Source of the DNA: Lingula anatina
Lineage: Eukaryota > Animalia > Brachiopoda
NCBI GenBank assembly: GCA_051362555.1
Contig: CM120640.1
Location: 56,150,788 to 56,214,787, forward strand
Direction of reading: 5' to 3'
Length of the DNA: 64,000 bases
Shown here: piece by piece, positions 49,743-62,600 of the stretch
Layout of the letters: every line of letters begins with the position of its first letter
Position numbering within the stretch: position 1 is the stretch's first letter
The notes under the pieces: generated by a model
Databases searched by the model: none
Told to the model about the DNA's origin: nothing
Seen by the model: the letters and a program-made list of their open reading frames with translations, nothing else
Program-made: the position numbers and the translations under genes

Positions 49743-49877
49743 GTCAACTCCTCATGCATTCTTGCATTGATCTTGATGTCGGAAATCTAACTAAACATGC
49801 ATAAAATGGCCAATAATCACTCTCCAGGATTTCAACATGTTCAAGTCTATTCAAGCTCCATCAAATCCCTGATCAAT

Positions 49878-52800
49878 TCAGAACCTCAATGATCTCAATC
49901 TCTGCAAAGGACGGCTGAGCAAAGGCTGTTTGATCTTGGGTTTTGCTGGAAAGAAGTCTGCTTCACTTTGACTTGTTGGGAATCTGTGAGAATAGATTTC
50001 TGGGTAACTGTTCTTGAACTGAAAAGAAATAATATTGGACAGGTTCAGTGTGTTTTAAGTTAAGGATATGGGTCAAGTTAAACAACCCCATTTTCAGCAT
50101 AAATAAATATCATTTCAACACAACCAAAACAAAATCTATTTTCTGTAATCTTTTCCTAATATGCATTTTCTGGCATTTGTAAATAACATCTATTTTAAAT
50201 TATTTTCCACAGGAAAAAAAATCACCTGTTTCAGTTTCTTCTTTTTCTCTTTATCTCCCATAGTTTTGTCTCTGATGATGTTCTCTAGCAGTTCTGATAC
50301 TGCTCTCTGTGAGTGGCCCAGTCTCTGGCTCTCATATTCCTTCAGTGTTACCTGTTCACAATAAGTAAGTCCTGGAGTATCATCCAGTGTGTAAACTATC
50401 TGCAATGTGGGAAGAGAAAGCACACCACACAATGTAAAGATTGTTAAGCAAAGCAACACCAGGTGCAAAATAATTTAATAAATGCATGTTCAGCTCAACT
50501 GTGGTATACAAACACCCGAGTTTCTAAGTACTGGTTATTACCAACTCTGTTATCACACATCACCACCTTGGCATTTCCATGACTACAGCACTTTCTTTTA
50601 TTTCTGATTGGCTGACATACTTGAAGAACTTAGGATTTTCAATCACTATATAGAAAAATAAGGTCATGGGCATTTTGGCAAAAGTTCTGAATGCAAACCT
50701 AATCTCTAGTTTCTCAGAATTACAGTCTACCTTTAAACTTTACAACCAACAAACCATTTACTAATTTAGACCAGTACTTTTTATACTAAATTAATCTTCA
50801 CCAAACTTCACCAATCTACCTTCTTCCAAGAGATATCTAATATTATTAATATGTTAGAGGAATTCATGATAGAAAAGATGTAAACCAAAAAGTTAATTCT
50901 GCACAAAACACAAGTGGTGATGATGCAGTTGCTATGTGCATGTAGCAGTAGCAGTAAAATGGCAGTGAGAAAATTTCAGTATTAACAGAGTATCAATAGA
51001 ACTGATGTGCTGAGCATGCATATTGCAGAGGGATAACAGCATGTCTAGATTCAGAGTAATCATTTTATTATTGTAAGCCTTTGACTATTAAATACTGATG
51101 CACAAGAAAGCAAAGCAAAGCAAAGAATAAGCTATCAATACATTAGTTTTCATTTATACAAAATACCAAGACCATGGCAAAACTGAGCAGAGCACTACAT
51201 AGCCATTGTCAAATAAATAATTATACTTCAAATACAATACTTTATTTGAAATAAATGAGATGCGATACTATTTGATAGAAAAGCAAATGAAATAAGCAAA
51301 ACAATGAAAATTGAAACTACTTCTGCTTTTCTTATATTATCTTATGTGCATGACAGTTAAGAGTGTAGCAGCTCTGAAAACTGGGAAAGCAAGCACTGAC
51401 CAAAGTGTATGTTTACTTTGAGCATGAAACAGGTAAACTTGCATAGAAAAAGTAGATTATTAGTTCTTAAAAGACCAAAAGCAAGCAGTATATGTGGTGT
51501 GCTTTAAAACAAAACTGCTGTTTAACAATTAAACAACCTGATGTCAAAGACAAGTACAGGGAGACAATTCTGTGGACCCATTCATAACACAATTGTGATT
51601 ATGTTAGTAAAATGCAAATTACACATATGGTTATATAAATGAACAAAAATAAAATATTTAAAAGTAATGGGTGTGGCCAAATTGAAGTGACATATTTTAG
51701 CTTTTTCTTTCAATTACAGTTAAAAAATTGAAATTATTTCAAACAAACAAAAAAGAATACTATAAAATATGGAATTTTAATATAGTATATTGCTTCTATG
51801 TTTCTGCCAACAGGCTGCTTGAAATAAGTCATTTAATTACTAGTTATAAACATTTTGTAAATACACATTTCAAGTCAATCCATGCAGCTGCAGAACAACC
51901 ATGCAGTTAAATGCACATTTAATGTATATATGTATTTCATCTCCTTACCCTGGCCCTCCTGAGATGGATGATTCTGTCATCCACCTGTTTCTTGAGGTGC
52001 TCTGGTACAGATAAAATGTCCTCATAGTGGTCCATCATGAACCCAACCAGCCTCATAGACAGCAGCTCGTCAAGGTCCACCTCTTCCTTGCTGCGCAGGA
52101 TACAGCGAGAGAAAGTGCTCAGCACCTGATTTAATAGTAGAATAAGTTCACGAGCAAAATGTCAGCCGTTTCTGTTCTAAATGCTGTTTCATGTAACAAA
52201 CATTGCAAGCTATATTTATTATGCATGGGAGAGACAAGTAAAACGTGCTAAAAATTGAAGTATTTTTTCCAGCACAGCATGCTGTTGGTTGTACTGGAGC
52301 AATAAATTAATGATCACTTCTGCTTGAACATGTAATATTATACAAGAAACACAAATTCTGCACTCTATTTACCAGTTGCCTTGTTGTGGTGGTATCAGTT
52401 AAAACAAGTTCTCTGTTGTGACTTGTTAGGCTCATCAGTCTTAATAATAAGTGAAGTTTTCTTTTCCTTGCTGGAGGAAGAAACAGGCAGCACGTCTGTA
52501 GAGCATTCTGAACACATCCCACTACTTCTTCAGTCATGAACAGACCTGAAATTATATAACACTATGTTAGCTGTAAGTAATACCAATAAGACCAACAACA
52601 GAAATATTAGCATGGGGAATGGATTTTACCAATATGTTTATGTGCATAAAATACTATATCAATCACATGCTAAAAAAGGTTGCAATATCCTTTCTACAGC
52701 ATTCTAAATAGATAGTAGTTACACAAAATATATAAAGAATATGCAAGCTCATGTAATGAAGTCCTTTATCTACTCATGCAAAAAAAAAAAAAAAAAATAA

Positions 52801-55800
52801 TAATAATAAAATGAAATATATCCTGTAACTAAAGTGCAAATTTTTATGATTAGTATTCAGTTCAGTCTACTTGTACAGAACTACATAATAGTGCATATAT
52901 TGCAGCAAGTGCAGTAGTACCTGTAGGTCTAGATTCATTCCTGCTTTCATTGACCCTACCAACACTAGTGCCATTGTTGTTCACATTCCTGAATGAAGTT
53001 CTGCCAACATCTCTGTTATATCTGCCAACATCACTGTTATACCTGTCAACATCACTGTTATACCTGTCAACATCACTGTTTAACCTGTTGTACCCTGAAG
53101 ACAATTCCTCTTCTGCAATATCTACAGACTCTAATCTGTTGTCATAAGGACTGGCCCTGGCAGTTTCATACTCTGACCACTGCTGGCTTCTGGCAGAGTA
53201 GTAGTTTGTGGAAGAGGAACTATTGCCATTACCACTGTTACTGTTATTGCTGATGTTTCTCCTCAGAGCAGCCCCTGATATGACAGGTTGATGCTCACGG
53301 TTGAAGACAACAACATTATAAGCTGGTGGAGGTTTATAACTGGGCGGATCCCTGGGTCTAGGTGGCTCTGATTCACTATTTTCATCATAGGCTCTTGAAC
53401 GGACACTCCTTGGTCTGTCCAGTGTGGCTGTGGAACCTCTAAAGTCCCACCCTGAGGGACAACGACTGAGTCTTGAGCCGTAAATACTAGTCACCTGTCC
53501 CCCTGAGTATCCAAAAGTTGATGCACCTTGTGAGTGCCCCCCATAATGTGTACTGGCCATGCTGAATGTACTGGCAGTATTCTGGGAGCCCATAATATCC
53601 CTGTGCTGCTGAAGTCCACCCTGCGACAAAAACTGCTCTGCTGTATTGAGATGAGTTGTTGAGTAAAATTTGTTGTGTGAGGTAAGAAGGTTAGGTTCCA
53701 CATCCCTGACATTGTTGTCCAAGTCCTCCTGGTTTAGATTGTGGACTGATGCAAACTGCTGAGATGTCCTTTTCAAGTTTGATGGTGCTGAAGCCTGCCT
53801 GCTGCGGCTGTGTGAGGTGGTTGTGTTATAAGAGCTACCATGACCCTGATCCGAGGACAATGTCTGAGGGTGCTCGTGATATACAGTATGGGCTGCATTG
53901 CCCTCCCCACTGAACTCAGTTTCATACTTAGAATGGGTTACACTGTTTGTGGAGTCATATCTGTAAAGCATCTGCTCAGGTACAGGAGTTATCCTGGACA
54001 AGTTGAGACAGCTCACACTTTGTCTGGCATAGTTATCAAAGGGATTCTTTGCTGCCATATTACCCCAGCCCTGATTGGTCAGATTCAGCATTAGGTTTTC
54101 TACTGAAGCAAAAGAGTTCAAACTGGTTCGACTACCAGTCTTATTCGTAGATTTGCTACTATTAGTGCTGCTAGACTCCTTTTCTTTTCCCATATTTTCT
54201 GCTCTAGCTGTAACATAGCAAAAACACATGCCCATGCCATTAATGCTTTAATGTGCAACATGCTGCTATATGTGAACTATTTGAAATATGTAATAAAAGT
54301 CAACCAGAAACACCAAAGTGTTCGAGTCCAGTTTCTTTTTTTGCTTGCTTTATATGGCCATCTGGAGAACCTCTTTAATGCTTTACCGGTTTTTAAAAGG
54401 AGAGGTTTATTACAGATACTAGATGTTACTGCTAATATGATGAATATAATGATTATTAAATCATTGCACTTTAAAATAAAACATGTTATGGAAGGGTTTT
54501 GATATCCATATAATGCAGGTGAATTTTTGATAGTGTGGTGCTTGAGGACTGAGGAGATGAGGTAATTAAGAAGAATATTTTGACAGTTTGTGACTGGTGC
54601 AACAGGAAAATTATGGTTATATCAGCTTAACTGCCATGTTAGCCATCTGCTATATACTTACACAACACATTGATGAAAACGTCATACATGTCAAAGGTAA
54701 GCAGTGGTTCTTCTAAAGCAATGAAGTAATCCTGTACCACACGAAACACATCTCTCTCAAAGCCAGGATAGTCTGGGAGACGGTCATCTTTGTTGTTAGG
54801 CCCTGCAGACAAAATAGCACGTGAATTCACTAACGAGGTAGGAAAATGATTTTGTGGAATTTATACAACAAAAGTTGAAAATCTATTTACATGTATAACC
54901 TGGTATTTTCAGATAAATTTGTGTAAAACACTGTTTCTGACAGTTTTCAGAAATGCAGTTCTCTCATAAGCATATGCAAGCACTTAAATATTTGGTCAGA
55001 CTCTTATAAGGCAAAAAGAAATATCAACAACAAAAAGTTTGCCTTTTATGTCACTGTTTTGACTCCATTTCTCTAAAAAGTGATTTAAAAATTAAGCTAT
55101 TTAGATATAATAAAACTTGTGCTAGACTGAGCCCAGTAAACAAAATGAATGTTTAATATTGTGAGAAAGCATATGTTTTAGTACTCAGTACTCACAGTAA
55201 GCCAGGCACTTCATGGCAGATAAAATCCACACTGGTAACTGGTCTGAAGTGGTCAAAAAGTTTAAATAAAAATTATTAAAGTATTCTGTCGTAAAAAGCC
55301 TGGCAATTCAATCCTTGGGTGACATTTTGTTAAAAATAAATCATTGAACCAAAACTGTAACTAACAATGAGAAGACTCTGAATTAACCCAATATCAATAT
55401 CAACATCTTTACAACTTACCTTTTCTTTCAATATTTGTAACAATTCCATTCTTGTTGACAAAGTTCATGTTATGGAAAATGTACTTTCCACTGACCTCCT
55501 CTCTGTCTAATATACCCTCCAGAGATTCAACCCCTAAAATCCTGCGCAAACTAAATAAGAAAAACAGTACTATATTTGGTTAATCAGAGACATTTCCCAA
55601 ATGGGTGCTAAAAAGACAAATGTTATTAGTGCACTCTAACAAATGGCTTCTGTTGACATTATATACTCTGAACTACTTACGGTGTTGACCTTACAAATGA
55701 TACCTTGGCTTAATCTTCAAATAAGTAAGATCAAGCTTAAGACATACAATAGTAAAACATGCAGAACTTTTATCACAATGAGTATAATTTCAATTGTGCA

Positions 55801-58800
55801 AAGTGACAATGTAACCAAGACCTAAAAATGTAATAATTTTGGCTAATCTATAAGAGTAAAATCATCTGTCCAATCAATTTACTCTTTATAAAGGGTGCTT
55901 TTTAACTATATTTTTATCACATCATTACCAGACAGTTTGAACACTTAAATTGTTTCATTTTTAATAGTATAGTCCTTACCCTCCTAAGGTAATGTTCTTG
56001 TACTCATTCTCTATCTCCTCTGTACTGAGTGGCTTAGCAACCAGTTTGCATTCTGGAAGTCCAGCCTCTGGTATGCAGGTCACTTTCTTAAGCTGGTCAT
56101 AGTCTAGGTGTCTGGAAGGGGCCAAGTGGTCACTGTTGCCATTTCTCTGTCTGAGGGGAGTACGGATGGGGCGGAGAGGGGATGTCTGAGTGAACCTGAA
56201 AATGAGAGAGACTTCAAGGATTCAAATGAAATATCACTGTGTTCACACTAAACTTACACATAAATTCTACCCTTTTTTATGTAAACACACCAAAACTCAC
56301 TTTTCAGATAAATAAAAGTCAAACCAGATACTCCCTAGTTTCTATTCTAACCTGTAAAGCCTTGAATTGTCCTCAAACTGTTCTTTATTGTGTTTTGCTC
56401 CTCTGACATCCTCAAAAACCTTTGATTTTAAAAACTTCTGCATCAGCTGAATGGTCTGTTGCCTGGGGCAAGAAAGATGTACTTATTATAATTATAATTA
56501 TAATATGTTTGTTAGGTAATTTTTCATAGGCATTATCAACAAAACTCTTAAATAGGTTTGTAACAAAATGAAAACAAAATTGATAACGAGATCTATATTA
56601 CGCTACATACTAAATACTATAAATGCAGAATACTGACTAAGAAAACTGAAAATTTTTCATTCATTACAAATATACTTTCAGGTTTAAAAAAAAGTTATCA
56701 ATGCGATTTAACTGTCTAACCTTGTTACTTCTGGTCCAAAGTTAGGGTTTGTCTGCAAACAGTTGTGCATCCAGTCAATGGCCTCAGAGGCCACAAAGCA
56801 ATCATCATAGGTTTTCATGGCCTTCCTATGACGTCCCACTTTCATCCCACTGCGGAAGGTGGTGATGATATCATTCCACTGCAAAAATACAGAATAATTT
56901 AATTTTTGATGTTCAAAAGTTCTAGTTATATTTCATGCAACAATCATTTTTATCCATTTATCTATTTTTCTTTGTCAAAAAAAAAAAAAAAAAAAAAAAA
57001 ATCAGCAGACAATCTTCATGCAACAACACCTCATCAAACCACACTTATTTGCAGCCCAACAAACCCATATCACACTGTTGTTTTGTTATAAAACGATATT
57101 GCATGTCATTTTATTAGCATGTCAACAGGTGCCTCCGCTAAAATAAACATGTATCCATCAGGATTACAATCCAAAATTCAACTTTGACATCTGTAAGATA
57201 TTAAAGATAAGAAATTTTGGCAGTAATCCTATTAATTAGCCATGTAATTGAGTCATAACATCTCTTACATGATCTGCTAGCTAAAACTTCAAACATGTTG
57301 CCTGGTCTGTGATCACCAGACTACATTAACTATCCAACAGCTGATCAACAACTGCTTTCTATTACAGAGGAAATGACACAGGCAATATCAACATTGTAAG
57401 AGTCAATTCTTTCTTTGTTACATTTAAAATGTAGATTTTTTATTCTGTATAAGAACAGGACAGGAATTAAATGTTTGGGCATGTACAGAAAGCTTGCCAT
57501 TTCATAAAATTTGAAATGAACAAAATGGCAATGAAAATGAACAACTTAAAGCCTTCCTGTGTTTACTGTCAGGTTGTTTTGATTTGCTTTTTTGTTTGAA
57601 AAAGTGTTCAGGATAAATTCAGGTTATTGTATGTATTAAGAGGCAAGTACAGCAGATTTTGCTGCGAAATATTATCTTCATTGTGTCTTTTTTAAGGGTA
57701 TTCCCTTTGTATTTATAGTATCAACCTGTACCATCATATTACCCTTCCCTTCTCTCTTCAATGAAAGATAAAATACTCCATGTGAAAAGGCAATCATAAC
57801 ATTACAAAATGTGTTAAAAATTGCAGAAAGGGTTAATTCCAGCAGATAATTGCAGAAAAAAAAACTTCCATTCATCAATAAGTAACCAATAAAATGTTAT
57901 ATTGAATATATAACACTAATTTCCATTTGGGCATTTTGATTTTTCAAAAGCATGGCAAAGGAAGTGAACAATGGGAGAGCATTTTATTTGTGAAAACATA
58001 AAACTTGAATTTCTTTAAAAAGTTTATAGAAGAGTATGTAACTATCAAATGAAATTTTGTAAAGATTATAGTCTCTAACACGCCAAAACATTTGAATGAC
58101 CCATAGTTCTATAACAAGGCTCAGGCATTCTTATACATGCTTATAAGGACATGTAGTGTGGAGGATGATGGGAAATGTGTCAATGTTTACAGTAAACAAT
58201 CCATCATTATAAAATAATAACTTGACCAGTAAATCTCTTCACTTCTGTACCAAGCATGTTTAGAATTGATGCATTCTAAAAAGACATCCCAGTAGAAGAA
58301 GCACAGGAAATTTCTTGAAGGTATATTTAAAAATTTTACTTTATTTTTCTTTATTTTTCTTTGTTGTAACAAATTGCCATTCATGTATTTTGTTTGTTGC
58401 ATCCACGCTCGGCTGTCTACAATCCAATTCAGGAAATGACGTAACCGCAGAGGTCGCATTGTCCAATGGCATGGCTTCTTTTTCGTAATGGGAGGTTAGA
58501 GAGGACCGAAATAAACATCAGAGGTGGAATTTGGATATACGGTTTGATTGTGCGTATGCCATGCACGGAATTTACAAACGAGCGACGGGATGATGTAGCC
58601 TGCAGTATTTGCGGTAAGCGTGCCAAGTTTTAGGCCGCTCCGATGCCCGGCAGTATTTTATTTCGATTATTATGTTGAAAATGGTTTACTCTTGTTTCAC
58701 AAGCTCACTCTATTTTATTGTCTCTATGGAGGTATATGGGGACTTTACGACATTCGGTTTGAAAGCTTTAACCACTAGTTATAGTTTATTTTTGCATTGT

Positions 58801-59443
58801 ATTGGATTAATGTGGCAGTCTAAGGTTGTCCTAGGTGGTTTTCAAGTTTATGCACCCGGTTTTAATATCATTTAGCGATTTTACGACAATCGTTTACTAT
58901 CCAATCAAGGTGACAGCCGAGCGTGGTTGCATCAAACATCCATTCCTTGTGATAAGTATTACATTAACAACACAATGAAATGAGATCAAGATTTAAAAAC
59001 TCATAAAAATATGACATTATACACCACATGTTTTGACACTGTACAGTAACATATTGATAAACTGATATTTGTCAATCTATGTAGAAATATTCTGGCTGTG
59101 ATGAACAATCTTACAATTTTCAATACAATGCTATATTGATGTACATAGGGTCTACGGGAATATATCTGCGTGGAGCGGAGAGAAATATTTTACCCCCAAA
59201 TCAAATCCATAAGAAAGAGAGGGTTTCAAATACTTAGTCTGGTTCTCTACGTACCATATCAATTCAGACGTATACATACTTTTTCAATTACACAGCAAAT
59301 TTTATTTGTACTCCTCAGTAGACATTACTTCTCAACCTAATGAGAACAGATTTTTTTTGAATGAATAAATAATGAAATTATTTATTTCAACTTACCAGTC
59401 TTGTTGCCCTGTAAGGACCCATAAGGGTTCCTGTCTTATCCAT
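49878..59443 (-). CDS. DEPDC1: DEP domain-containing protein 1 (DEP plus RhoGAP-like; DEPDC1A/B co-ortholog), 12 coding exons, 934 aa (505 aa if the large exon is skipped)
   Basis: Exons 59396-59443 (MDKTGTLMGPYRATRL), 56721-56878 (WNDIITTFRSGM...CFVASEAIDW...NFGPEVT), 56352-56462, 55980-56195, 55420-55550, 55196-55243 (LPVWILSAMKCLA), 54662-54802 (YPGFERDVF...EPLLTF), 52921-54207, 52373-52545 (CCLFLPPARKRKLHLLLRLM), 51949-52125 (FSRCILRSKEEVDLDELL), 50226-50399 (KEKKKKLKQ), 49878-50018 (FKNSYPEIYSHRFP...LRF*). All GT-AG and in frame. Confidence 0.95.
53001..53087 (-). repeat. Coding 21-nt tandem repeat (4 copies) in the large DEPDC1 exon
   Basis: Encodes LNSDVDR-YNSDVDR-YNSDVGR-YNRDVGR. Confidence 0.9.
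58391..58938. mobile_element. CpG-rich non-autonomous DNA element with ~27-bp TIRs in DEPDC1 intron 1
   Basis: TGTTTGTTGCATCCACGCTCGGCTGTC ... GACAGCCGAGCGTGGTTGCATCAAACA (2 mismatches); no clear TSD. Confidence 0.75.
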
Positions 59444-59639
59444 AGTGCAACTTGGTGTGGAATTTTTATCCGCTTTATAAAATCCGCTAAAAATATGATC
59501 TGAAACGAGTACCTGATCCCATTATTTTGATCTCAGGGTGTTTAAATCTCGTGCTCCAATTTGATTGGTTGGTTCGAAATTCCAAAAAGGTAATTGGTTA
59601 TTGAAAATGAGGCAATATACACATTACTTCCGCAGAAAT
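59444..59639. promoter_or_regulatory. 196-bp bidirectional promoter between DEPDC1 (-) and OSBPL9 (+)
   Basis: The two ATGs are 196 bp apart. CCAAT/ATTGG boxes at 59556, 59564 and 59593; CHR-type hexamers TTTAAA (59541) and TTCGAA (59573); ETS-like ACTTCCG (59626); YY1-like AATATGGCG over the OSBPL9 ATG. Confidence 0.85.
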
Positions 59640-62600
59640 ATGGCGACTATAGAGGGTCCGCTGAGCAAGTGGACGAATGTTATGAAGGGATGGCAGTACC
59701 GGTGGTTCATCCTCGACGAAAATACTGGACTGCTTTCATACTATACGGTATGTGCTTCATCCTTTAACTATTGTCTGCAATATCATGTGCTTAGATTTGT
59801 ACAAGTGTATGTGTATTTCATGCTTCTCACTGCATCGTGCAGTGGCATCCAGGTCGATTACCTATGTAACTACCGGGTGACTACTGCCATCGTGTGTTTT
59901 TCTTTTTCATGCCTATTCGTTTTGCATTAGTTTCACACAAAATGAAAGTTTCTGAAGTAAATATGGTGCATCTGGTGATAAGTGTTAATGGATTTAGTTA
60001 GAGTTTGCAGAATTCTAAATGGTCAGACTGGAAGCATTGTTTCTCGACTCTTGCTTACTCCAAATATTGATAATGTATATGATAACCATGCTCTCGTCTA
60101 GCATTAGACCTTATTACCAACCTGTAGCATTGTTACTAATGTTTTTAATCCTTAATATATTGCTGAAGATTTGATTTGCTACAAGTTGTTAATCAGCACA
60201 TTTCAGTGTCACTTGAAAGAGAGAGAGAGAGACAAAGGTCCTAACTCCGTGTTTTGGCATTTTACCTGTCATAGAAAACCAGCATTAAAGATCATGCATT
60301 AGCACTTTTGTTTCATTTCTCATATGTACTAAGTATCCACATAATGTAAGTATAACAAACATCAAGAAATGGGGCTAACTCTGTTAACCAGCCCTCTGCT
60401 CCAAACAGTATATCATTGTCTGTTCCCCAGACAGTATAGTGTTTTTATTTATTTATTTATTATTATTATTTTTTTTTGTAATGAGTGGAATGTTATTCAA
60501 GCTATTTATTTGAAACCAGAGGTAATGCTATATTTACTTCTTCTGTTCACTTGAATTTACTTTAGAGAGTTGAGACGAGTTGCAAATGCTAGCTACTTTC
60601 CTTGTGAAACAAAGAGATAACAAACTTTTACTGCAGAAAATAGAGAGGTGAAGAAAGTTTGTGAAATATTATAAAACCTTAACACTTGCAATCCTTGGAT
60701 ATTTTTGTATGCATTTCATAAATCAATAATTGATTGTTTGGGAGTTAATCAGAAACTGTATTCACTACATCCCAAGAACATAACTAAATGTTTGGATTGG
60801 GATGTTCAGTTTGCAAAAATTTGTCTTGAGGGAAATAAATGTTGGTCTTGTTTGACAAGATTTGCATTTATAATTTAGAATCATCTTATTTTTTTAGTCT
60901 AAAGAGAAGATGATGAGAGGCTCCAGAAGAGGCTGTGTTCGATTAAAGGTCAGTATTATGCTCAAGAGAAATTAGTGCAAAAACTGCTAGCTCAAGTTCT
61001 TACCTTCAGATAGATAGTATTCAGCATTTGCCATATCTAAATCTTTTTGAAGTCAAATTACATAGTTAAGCATGCTTGAAAAAGTGTATATAAAAGCAAA
61101 GTTTTCTAAAAAATATTAAAGTAAGTACATATGCATACTAAATAGAAAAATTTTTGCTGTTACTTGCAACCATTTACTAGTATGATATTGGTATGGGGAA
61201 GGATGTATATATTGTATTAGTTTTTGTACTGCTAACCAAGTGATATGTATAATGATAAAAGTATTAGAATTCATGGGTGTGTAATTTACAGACATGCTGA
61301 AAACTTTTCAGAATGGCCGGACATTTGAACCGGCAGTAATGAAAAATTTGCTGGGCCGTATGGATTTTTGTCGGACTCAAAATCACTCTATTCGTTTGAG
61401 ACAGATACTACCAGTACGATTAGGGTAGCTTACTTTGTTTGTGAATGTGATAGGTTTGAAATGGAAGGGAAAAAACGCTTTGGATTTTATATAATTTTAT
61501 TAGTGACGTATGTCGGATGTTGACTGTAAATTAAAAATTGCGGCTCTTAAAACTCTTGTCAGTCCTTTGGACCGACCAAGTCCAGTTTTTTACCGGTCCA
61601 GACAAATTTTCCCGTTCATGACCGATCGGACCGACAGTTTCAGCATGTCTGAATTTCGATCTTTTATGAATTTCAAAATAAGTTTTAGCTAAGAGTCCAA
61701 AATGTCCATCAGTAAATACTTATTTTTTGTACACATAAAAATGCAATATTCAAAATGTTCACAATAATTATTTTCCAAAATTATTTTATCAATCAACAGT
61801 GTATTGAATTTTTACTACAAATCAGTTTTGGAGTTGAAACCAAGACTTGTATGTATAATAAGGAACTAAGGTTTTAAGAAGTGTATACTTGTTTCTCTGT
61901 GCTTATATTATATATTGGGCATCATCCAAGATAGACCAAAAGTTTGTGAAAAGGTTTAAAATCGAGTGATATTTTGCAGTTTGGAAGAGAGTGGAGTTAG
62001 AAATAATGGCTGACAGGATATATAGATGGGCTTTTTTATAGTTGTTGTTTCTGCCGAATTGCAGTCTATTACACAACAGTACATAGTGTTGCATCTGGGC
62101 TGCATCAGTCACACTTTGAAATCAGTATTGTCCCTCAGTTTGAGGCATGTCGCGCTGCTAAGGACACAAAATTACAGGTGTCCCTTACAATTAAGTCTTG
62201 AGTGTGAATCTGAAACAAAGTCATATTGTTTACTTGGTACATGTAGTTAGGTGTTCTAAGACGCCTGTGTGCAGACACTGGTGTGTTGGAAGGGGGGAGG
62301 GGGAGATTGTGAAAGTTTTTTGTGTCTCCCAAATTTCTAAAGAAAGGGCCCCTCTGTCCCCCCATGCTTTGTATGTGATTTCTGTATTGTCTTTGAAGAC
62401 AAAATTCCTGGTGCATAGAGTTTTCCCCTTATCACTCAAAAATTTACCCCATTTCATGCAGAATCGTAGAGTGCATTCGCAGAGATTTAGATCGATCCAG
62501 AGATTTAGATTTAGATCGACCTAACTCCCTGGGGGTTCACGCTAAATTGCAGTCAGCCGAGCGCGCACCATAGTTAATTATCCCCTTACAGCTTTTAGTA

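Noticed and set aside
52993-53253. Cys/His-rich plus-strand ORF (CQHHCYT repeats) resembling a metallothionein
   Set aside because: It is the antisense reading of the DEPDC1 21-nt coding repeat; no independent promoter or splice evidence.
52862-54235. 457-aa ORF as a stand-alone gene
   Set aside because: It is an internal DEPDC1 exon (acceptor at 54207, donor at 52921) extended into the flanking introns.
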